Part shown: one piece after another, positions 58,075-64,000 of the stretch
Layout of the letters: each line of letters begins with the position of its first letter
Numbering within the stretch: position 1 is the first letter of the stretch
Source of the DNA: a candidate division WOR-3 bacterium
Lineage (GTDB): Bacteria; Hydrothermota; Hydrothermia; B15-G9
Direction of reading: 5' to 3'
DNA length: 64,000 nucleotides
NCBI GenBank assembly: GCA_015489175.1
Contig: WGAI01000053.1
Coordinates: 9,519 to 73,518 of the forward strand
The notes under the pieces: generated by a model
The model's input: the letters and a program-made list of their open reading frames with translations, nothing else
Told to the model about the DNA's origin: nothing
The model's database searches: none
Position numbers and translations under genes: made by a program

Positions 58075-59171
58075 TGGGCATCATATTTTTCGTGTTGACC
58101 TCGATCGGCGGCATTGTGGAGTATCAGGGTCAGGCGATGAAACTGAAGAGTAGCACGGTTTTTACGGGTTACTCGAAGATCGACATACGAATTTCCAGCA
58201 GTATCTCTACGGGCATCTACTTCCGCACCGACATCGTTGGCATCCATTATCACGGAAAGCTGACTTACAGCTCCAATGATTTCACGCCTTATGTCGATTT
58301 TTATGCTCCCACATTCACCTACCAATCCAGATTTTACCTGCAAAATGCGTTCCTGAGGGTTAGAAAAGGAATAGCGGAGTTTCAAGTGGGCCGCCAACAG
58401 GTAGGCTGGGGCACAGGCTACGCATTCAATCCGTCAAATGTCTTTCAGCACAAATCCATGTTCGATCCCACATACGAACTTGATGGGGTTGACGCGTTGC
58501 GATTGCGCATCTTCCCGGCCTCATTGTGGGAACTGGACATGCTGTGGCTGCCGCCCGATGACACCTTCGGCTCGCGATACGGGGTGAGGCTTCACGGGAA
58601 CATAGGAGGATGGGACATATCTTTCGGCAGAGTGCATTTCCAGAGGATACTTGCGATCCCCTTCGACCCGCCTCCCCCAACACTTGTGGCGTTGAACGAA
58701 ACAGTTGACGCTTTCATCGGGGACTTCTCAGGCGAAATCTCAAGTGTCGGGGTTCATGGCGAGTTCTTGAAAAGGGACACGGCCAGTGTGGCACTTGTTG
58801 GAATGGATTACACGCTTTCAGATGGCCTTACCCGGATTTTGATCGAATACCTCAGAAACAAGGACATAATTCGGTTCACAAATTCGTCTATGGACACCAT
58901 TGCGCGATACATCAACTTCCTCACCGGCAACGCGCTTTCGGTAGGCGAAAACGAGCTTTTCGTGGACTTATCGAGGACAATGGGATTTCACTCGGTAGAA
59001 TTGGCGGCGATACTTAACCTCGATGATGGCAGTGGCATAATCATGCCTCGATTAAACCTATCCCTGTCGGACAACGCCAGCCTGATTTTATCACCATCGG
59101 TATCGTTTGGAAAAGGCGAGTTTGCTTCTTTCCCCGATGGATTTTTCGTGAGGATAAGAACAGGATGGTGA
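58071..59171 (+). CDS. Hypothetical beta-rich protein, candidate outer-membrane barrel (DUF1302-like role)
   Basis: 366 aa. C-terminal ...FFVRIRTGW. Overlaps both the upstream LolA-like gene and the downstream MMPL gene. Confidence 0.35.
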   Translation: MMGIIFFVLTSIGGIVEYQGQAMKLKSSTVFTGYSKIDIRISSSISTGIYFRTDIVGIHYHGKLTYSSNDFTPYVDFYAPTFTYQSRFYLQNAFLRVRKGIAEFQVGRQQVGWGTGYAFNPSNVFQHKSMFDPTYELDGVDALRLRIFPASLWELDMLWLPPDDTFGSRYGVRLHGNIGGWDISFGRVHFQRILAIPFDPPPPTLVALNETVDAFIGDFSGEISSVGVHGEFLKRDTASVALVGMDYTLSDGLTRILIEYLRNKDIIRFTNSSMDTIARYINFLTGNALSVGENELFVDLSRTMGFHSVELAAILNLDDGSGIIMPRLNLSLSDNASLILSPSVSFGKGEFASFPDGFFVRIRTGW

Positions 59172-59174
59172 GCC

Positions 59175-61766
59175 ATGAGGCAAAATTTTTTCAAGAAGTT
59201 ATCCTATGTATCGACCACACATCCATGGCGAGTTATTCTGTTATCACTTGTCATCACACTTGTCTCCGGATGGCTTGCATCGAAGCTTCGCCTTGAAATG
59301 ACATGGGTGGGACTCGTGCCCAAAAGCGAGCCGGTCGCTGTCAACTTCGAGAGGCTCATCAAAGAATTCGGGAGCGAAGGAGGACTCCTCATCGCCGTCG
59401 AGCATGACGACCCTGACTCTCTCATAGTGCTCGGCAACGAGGTCGCCGATTCAATCGCAAAGCTCAAGGAACTCGGTTATGTTCGGGCCGTTACATTCGA
59501 GGAACCGGAGAACTACCTCTCACATCACGCCTTCATGCTCATAGACACCTCCATGATCGGGCGCGTCGAAACGCTATTCACATCGGCAAACATCGACACC
59601 TTCCTCCTGAATTTCAACAACGACCTTGAATCCGAATACATCGAAAGTCAGGACAACCTGTCGGCGCAGGAACTTGAAGCCACAATGTCACTTATGACCA
59701 TCGAAGACCTGCTCATTGGCATGAACAGGTATCTGGGGAATGGTGACACACTGCTATTTGACATCGGCTCGAAGGAGGCGGTGGTCGGCCCGTTGATATT
59801 CCGCTCCCTCGATGGGAAGATGGGCGTGATCTCGGTGGCACCGGCTATGTCCGCAATGGATATGGACAGACTGCTGCCTTTTGTGGATTCCGTGAGGACG
59901 ATAATTTCGAGGATCCAGTCGAGGCACAGCGGCCTTAAGCTGAACGACACGGGTATTTACTCGATCGGATACGATGAGTATCAGACAGGGATAAGGGATA
60001 GCACAGTCACCACAATCGCCTCGTTTATACTCGTTATTCTGCTGTTTATCATCGGGTTCCGTGCGTTGCAGGCGCCGATACTCGTTGGAATACCTCTCAC
60101 ATTCGGCATCGTGTGGGATCTGGGACTGACATACCTGCTGATCGGCAGACTGAACATGATGACCGTACTTGTCGCCGCAATCCTGATCGGGCTCGGGATA
60201 GACTATTCCATCCATATCCTTCAGGCAGCGAGCGAAAAAGAAGGGATTGCAGCGGCGCTTACAAAAGTCGGAAACGGGATCGTCACCGGAGCCGTAACAA
60301 CGGCGGCCGCATTCCTGTCTCTCTACCTGACGAGTTTCGATGTGCTGAGGGAGCTGGGCATCGTCGTCGGATTTGGCGTGCTGACGACGGCAGGGGCAAC
60401 AGTAATCCTGCTACCTGCCCTTTTGAAGCTGTTCGGGCGTCGGATCGAAAAAAGGGATTTCAGCGCCCCTTCCCTCGGTCTCTACGCTCAAAAAGTGCGC
60501 TCTCTGGGTATGATCGTGCCTGTGGTGCTGTTAATCCTTTTGTTCATCTCACCCATCGCTATCAGAAAAATCAGAGTCACTTACAACCCTATAGAGTTAG
60601 AAGCGGACGGGCTGAAATCGGTTGAAACCCAAAACGAGGTAACTAAAAGGTTTGGCATGTCAACGGATTACATCTCTATACTCACGACGAGTATAGATGA
60701 GTCCTATTCCGTTGCAAAATCCGTTAAGAAACTACCGGGCGTGAGCTTTGTCGAAGGGATTCACCTATACCTTCCGCCACCTGAGCTGCAGGACTTCAAA
60801 ATGCCGTATCTTGAGAGGATACATACCCGTGCTTCCAAGTTTCGGGCTGGTAGCGTCAACCGCCAGCTTCTGCTCGATCAGTTAGATAGGCTTCAGGACA
60901 ACATCGTTGAGCTCAAGACGATGGCCTACATGGCCGGGCTCGACAGAGTTCACGACAAATGCGAAAACATCCTGAAATCGGGAATCTTTGATGACCTGAG
61001 GGGTAAACTTGAGAATGCCGCCGATAGCCGATTGAACAATTTGAACAACAGATTCTTCTCGATCGTTGCGCCGCTTGTTCGCACGGCCTCGACACCTGAG
61101 AAGATAACGCTCAACGATGTGCCTGAGGTGGTGCGAGATAGGTTTATATCGAAAGATAGCAGGACATTCCTTGTGAATGTTTTTACCCGAAGCGACATCT
61201 GGCAGGGAGTGGGACGCAAAGGCATGTTTGACAGGTTTATGGCTTTCAAAGGGGCGACAGGCACGCCTCTGCTCATGCATGTGCTGTGGGAAGCCGGCAA
61301 AAGGGAGAGTTTCAAGGCTCTTACGATCGTCTTCATCGTCATCTTTCTGATTTTGTTGCTGGATTTCAGAACCCTCAGGCACTCGATAATCGCATATCTA
61401 CCTGTGACATTTGCATTTTTCTATTCGCTCGCCATCATGGGACTGCTAAAAGTCAACCTGAATTTCATGAATGTGCTCGCATTGCCGCTCATCATAGGCA
61501 TCGGTATAGACGACGCAGTTCACATAGTCCACAGATACATTGCGCTTGGCGATGTCAACACGGTCTTTACGAGGATAGGTCGGGCTATCCTCTACACATC
61601 TTTGACCACGATGGCTGCGTTCGGTTCCCTCTTTCTCGGCCGTTACAAGGGATATCCGAGCTTTGGCGCGGTGGTTGTCATAGGGGTTGGCACCGCTTTC
61701 ATCGTGACGATCACACTGCTGCCGCCTCTTTTGAAATGGGTTAAGCGAAAACAAAACGAGGAATAA
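59175..61766 (+). CDS. RND-superfamily MMPL-type exporter (two 6-TM bundles, each followed by a periplasmic loop)
   Basis: 863 aa. Duplicated TM clusters at about residues 270-420 and 700-860, with large soluble loops. MMPL/HpnN-like. Confidence 0.75.
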   Translation: MRQNFFKKLSYVSTTHPWRVILLSLVITLVSGWLASKLRLEMTWVGLVPKSEPVAVNFERLIKEFGSEGGLLIAVEHDDPDSLIVLGNEVADSIAKLKELGYVRAVTFEEPENYLSHHAFMLIDTSMIGRVETLFTSANIDTFLLNFNNDLESEYIESQDNLSAQELEATMSLMTIEDLLIGMNRYLGNGDTLLFDIGSKEAVVGPLIFRSLDGKMGVISVAPAMSAMDMDRLLPFVDSVRTIISRIQSRHSGLKLNDTGIYSIGYDEYQTGIRDSTVTTIASFILVILLFIIGFRALQAPILVGIPLTFGIVWDLGLTYLLIGRLNMMTVLVAAILIGLGIDYSIHILQAASEKEGIAAALTKVGNGIVTGAVTTAAAFLSLYLTSFDVLRELGIVVGFGVLTTAGATVILLPALLKLFGRRIEKRDFSAPSLGLYAQKVRSLGMIVPVVLLILLFISPIAIRKIRVTYNPIELEADGLKSVETQNEVTKRFGMSTDYISILTTSIDESYSVAKSVKKLPGVSFVEGIHLYLPPPELQDFKMPYLERIHTRASKFRAGSVNRQLLLDQLDRLQDNIVELKTMAYMAGLDRVHDKCENILKSGIFDDLRGKLENAADSRLNNLNNRFFSIVAPLVRTASTPEKITLNDVPEVVRDRFISKDSRTFLVNVFTRSDIWQGVGRKGMFDRFMAFKGATGTPLLMHVLWEAGKRESFKALTIVFIVIFLILLLDFRTLRHSIIAYLPVTFAFFYSLAIMGLLKVNLNFMNVLALPLIIGIGIDDAVHIVHRYIALGDVNTVFTRIGRAILYTSLTTMAAFGSLFLGRYKGYPSFGAVVVIGVGTAFIVTITLLPPLLKWVKRKQNEE

Positions 61767-61790
61767 CCTCCAGCGCCTGCATTTTCTCTC

Positions 61791-61827
61791 GAGGGCAGAC
61801 ATCCCATCTGCCCTCTTTATTAATTTT
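61791..61827 (+). terminator. Rho-independent terminator after MMPL gene
   Basis: GAGGGCAGA-catccca-TCTGCCCTC, followed by TTTATTAATTTT. Confidence 0.8.
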
Positions 61828-62096
61828 CTGGGCATCAAGCTGTTGTGTTTCCCATTTAAAAGTATCGAGATAGCAATTTTGGCAGATGAACGGTCAGCGT
61901 TTTGCCTGCGAGCGAACTCTGCAATAAAATATCAACACGATGAAAGGATCATCATTTAAACCTGCCATTGCCTTCTTCCGTTGCGCCAGCCACTGGTGGT
62001 GCTGGCGTGGGGGAAACTAACCCCCACGCAAATCTGATCATCCCCTAAAAATCCTGTCCGTTAACCTCATTTCAAAACCCAAAAGGAGGTGCAGAA

Positions 62097-63389
62097 ATGG
62101 CAAAATTCAAGAGGTTGACATACATCGATGAAATTCCACAAAAATGGTATAACATCAAGGCGGATCTCGATGAGCTTCCGCCACCGCCGTTGAACCCGGC
62201 GACCAAAAAGCCATTAAATCCCGACGATCTGAAGCCGATTTTCCCTGTCTCCCTGATCGAACAGGAGGCAACGCTCGAACGGTTTATCGGAATTCCCGAT
62301 GCCGTCCGCAACGCTTATTCGATATGGAGGCCTTCACCGCTTGTCTATGCTGCAAATCTGCGTGAGAAACTCGGCCTGAAGGCTCACATCTTCTACAAAT
62401 ACGAGGGGGTGTCACCCACCGGCAGCCACAAACCGAACACGGCTGTGGCTCAGGCTTACTACAACAAGATCGAAGGCGTTAAAAAGCTCACGACGGAGAC
62501 AGGGGCAGGTCAATGGGGTTCGGCGCTGGCCTTCTCAGGCTCGCTTTTCGACCTTCATGTCAAGGTGTTCATGGTCAAAGTCAGCTACATGCAGAAACCC
62601 GGCCGCCGAATTTTCATCCAGTCCTACGGCGGTGAGATCGTGCCAAGTCCAAGCGATCAGACGCCTCCCGGCAGAAAAATTCTCGAGGAAGATCCAGACA
62701 ATCCAGGCAGCCTCGGGATAGCCATCACCGAAGCGGTCTATGAGGCGGTGAACGACCCGGAAGCGAAATACTCGCTCGGCTCTGTGCTCGACCATGTTTT
62801 GATGCATCAAACTGTCATTGGGCTCGAAGCGATAGAGCAGTTCAAAAAGCTGGGTGTCGAACCAGATATCCTGATCGGCTGCGTGGGCGGAGGCTCGAAT
62901 TTCGGCGGGTTCGTGTTCCCATTCATAGGCGAATACCTCAGAGGGGAGCGTAAAAAGGTCAGAGCTGTTGCAGTCGAGCCAACTGCGTGCCCAACGCTGA
63001 CAAAAGGGAAATACGATTACGATTACGGCGACACGGGGAAGCTAACGCCGATGCTCAAGATGTTCACTCTCGGGCATGATTTCATGCCGCCATCGATCCA
63101 TGCCGGTGGGTTAAGATATCATGGCATGTCGCCGCTGGTAAGCCTGTTGCATAGAAAAGGGCTTGTTGAGGCGCGCGCATACGACCAGCTCGAGATATTC
63201 GAGGCCGCAATCCAGTTCGCAAGGGCAGAGGGCATCCTTCCTGCGCCAGAATCAGCTCATGCCGTGAAGGCGGCTATCGACATTGCAAAGGAAGTGGACG
63301 ACGAGGTTGTAATTGCGTTCAACCTGTCGGGGCACGGCTACTTCGACCTGTCCGCATACGACGCATACCTGAAAGGTGAGCTTAAGTAA
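62097..63389 (+). CDS. trpB2: TrpB-like PLP-dependent enzyme (tryptophan synthase beta chain paralog, TrpB2 type)
   Basis: 430 aa. PLP Lys motif [13 protein letters not shown]. Gly-rich [11 protein letters not shown]. Long N-terminal extension typical of TrpB2. Confidence 0.8.
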   Translation: MAKFKRLTYIDEIPQKWYNIKADLDELPPPPLNPATKKPLNPDDLKPIFPVSLIEQEATLERFIGIPDAVRNAYSIWRPSPLVYAANLREKLGLKAHIFYKYEGVSPTGSHKPNTAVAQAYYNKIEGVKKLTTETGAGQWGSALAFSGSLFDLHVKVFMVKVSYMQKPGRRIFIQSYGGEIVPSPSDQTPPGRKILEEDPDNPGSLGIAITEAVYEAVNDPEAKYSLGSVLDHVLMHQTVIGLEAIEQFKKLGVEPDILIGCVGGGSNFGGFVFPFIGEYLRGERKKVRAVAVEPTACPTLTKGKYDYDYGDTGKLTPMLKMFTLGHDFMPPSIHAGGLRYHGMSPLVSLLHRKGLVEARAYDQLEIFEAAIQFARAEGILPAPESAHAVKAAIDIAKEVDDEVVIAFNLSGHGYFDLSAYDAYLKGELK

Positions 63390-63394
63390 AAATC

Positions 63395-63421
63395 GGGCGG
63401 CGGGGCTTCGCCCCGCCGCCC
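63395..63421. terminator. Bidirectional terminator hairpin between convergent trpB2 and kdsB
   Basis: Perfect 12-bp stem GGGCGGCGGGGC / GCCCCGCCGCCC with a 3-nt loop TTC. Flanked by A-run and T-containing tracts. Confidence 0.75.
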
Positions 63422-63443
63422 TTCAGCTGTCAAAATAAGTGTT

Positions 63444-64000
63444 TCAGCTGCAAATTCCGCGTCCACGAAATATTTTCTCAACCTTCTCTATATCGCTCGG
63501 CACATCAACAGCCACGGATTGGTAATCGGTCCCAACAACTTTGATCTTCATACCATTCTCAAGCGCCCTCAACTGTTCAAGTTTTTCTGTCAGCTCAAGT
63601 TTCGATTGTGGCAAAGCGACAAACCGCATCAAACTCTCCTTTCGATAGGCGTATATGCCAATATGCTTGAGGTAATCGTCAAGTCGCGGCTCTCCGTCTC
63701 TCCGATGCGGGATTACCGCCCTTGAGAAATAGAGCGCATAACCTTCTGAATTCACGACCACTTTGGCGGTGTTCTCTGACATGAGCTCATCCAGAGATGT
63801 AAAGTGCGTCACGGGAGTGGCGATGTCGGCATCCGAGCCCTCAAGTTCCGTTATGAGGCGGTCGAGAAGCCGACCGTCTATAAGCGGTTCGTCACCCTGA
63901 AGGTTCACGACTATGTCAACATCAACTTCCTTAACCGCTTCTGCAACCCTGTCCGATCCTGAGCTGTGCTCTGTGGAAGTCATAACTGCATCGAAACCGA
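63444..64000 (-). CDS. kdsB: 3-deoxy-manno-octulosonate cytidylyltransferase (CMP-Kdo synthetase), C-terminal part; the gene continues past the window end
   Basis: ...SGSDRVAEAV...DIVVNLQGDEPLI...IGIYAYRKESL.... The frame stays open through position 64000. Confidence 0.8.
   Translation of the reverse strand, partial: GFDAVMTSTEHSSGSDRVAEAVKEVDVDIVVNLQGDEPLIDGRLLDRLITELEGSDADIATPVTHFTSLDELMSENTAKVVVNSEGYALYFSRAVIPHRRDGEPRLDDYLKHIGIYAYRKESLMRFVALPQSKLELTEKLEQLRALENGMKIKVVGTDYQSVAVDVPSDIEKVEKIFRGRGICS

Noticed and set aside
58071-59171. Assigning the 366-aa protein to DUF1302
   Set aside because: Only the architectural analogy (barrel candidate between a LolA-like gene and an MMPL gene) supports it. 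No sequence motif was recognised.
1-64000. Search for mobile elements, integrases, tRNA/rRNA/tmRNA/RNase P/SRP RNA
   Set aside because: No transposase/integrase-like ORFs and no inverted terminal repeats were found. The intergenic regions contain no cloverleaf-compatible 70-90-nt segments, and no conserved tmRNA, RNase P or 4.5S motifs were recognised by eye. A proper tRNAscan/Infernal run is still needed.

Overview
This 64-kb window looks like chromosomal DNA from a diderm bacterium of moderate GC. It encodes lnt and kdsB, and it carries several predicted outer-membrane beta-barrels and a T9SS-type C-terminal sorting domain (CTD).

I found no rRNA, tRNA, CRISPR array, transposase or integrase. 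The window is almost fully coding, with about 54 CDSs.

Gene content, in order:
- 1-2.9 kb: the tail of the dcw cluster, ftsA (partial), a short FtsQ-like gene, murB and murC, all on the minus strand.
- 2.9-10 kb: rnr, lnt, an LVIVD-repeat lipoprotein, an FAD/NAD oxidoreductase with a 2Fe-2S partner (HcnAB/SoxA-like), and a UbiA prenyltransferase.
- 10.5-16.1 kb: alaS, then a tungsten-type aldehyde:ferredoxin oxidoreductase (AOR) followed immediately by a MoaD-like protein ending in Gly-Gly and a MoeB/ThiF E1-like protein.
- 16-20.6 kb: small envelope proteins, then folK and folP.
- 20.7-26.8 kb: an orphan type IV pilin, a CPA antiporter with a CBS partner, a polysaccharide deacetylase, a class III aminotransferase and a glyoxylate/hydroxypyruvate reductase.
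- 26.8-37.8 kb: APC and OPT transporters, then a long minus-strand operon: ruvX, a UPF0104 membrane protein, a Zn-ribbon membrane protein, tsaB, galT, an 820-aa OM protein, a PorV/FadL-like beta-barrel and a CDP-alcohol phosphatidyltransferase.
- 38-50.7 kb: a plus-strand operon with overlapping starts that encodes very large secreted proteins of 493, 1338 and 735 aa. One of them has a possible papain-like domain. It is followed by an OM beta-barrel candidate, an Lpp-like coiled-coil lipoprotein, an FN3 lipoprotein, a membrane protein and a FemAB-like GNAT.
- 50.8-63.4 kb: a 946-aa FG-GAP protein with a T9SS-type CTD, a SAM methyltransferase, a histidine kinase, a TetR, LolA-like, beta-barrel, MMPL RND cassette, trpB2 and kdsB (partial).

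I cannot point to one clearly novel system. The best candidates are:
- the structured AOR leader, which may be a Moco/Wco-type riboswitch, together with the AOR-MoaD-MoeB triad;
- the giant surface-protein operon at 38-48.5 kb;
- the scattered T9SS-like components.

All functional calls are by eye from motifs. No database searches were run.
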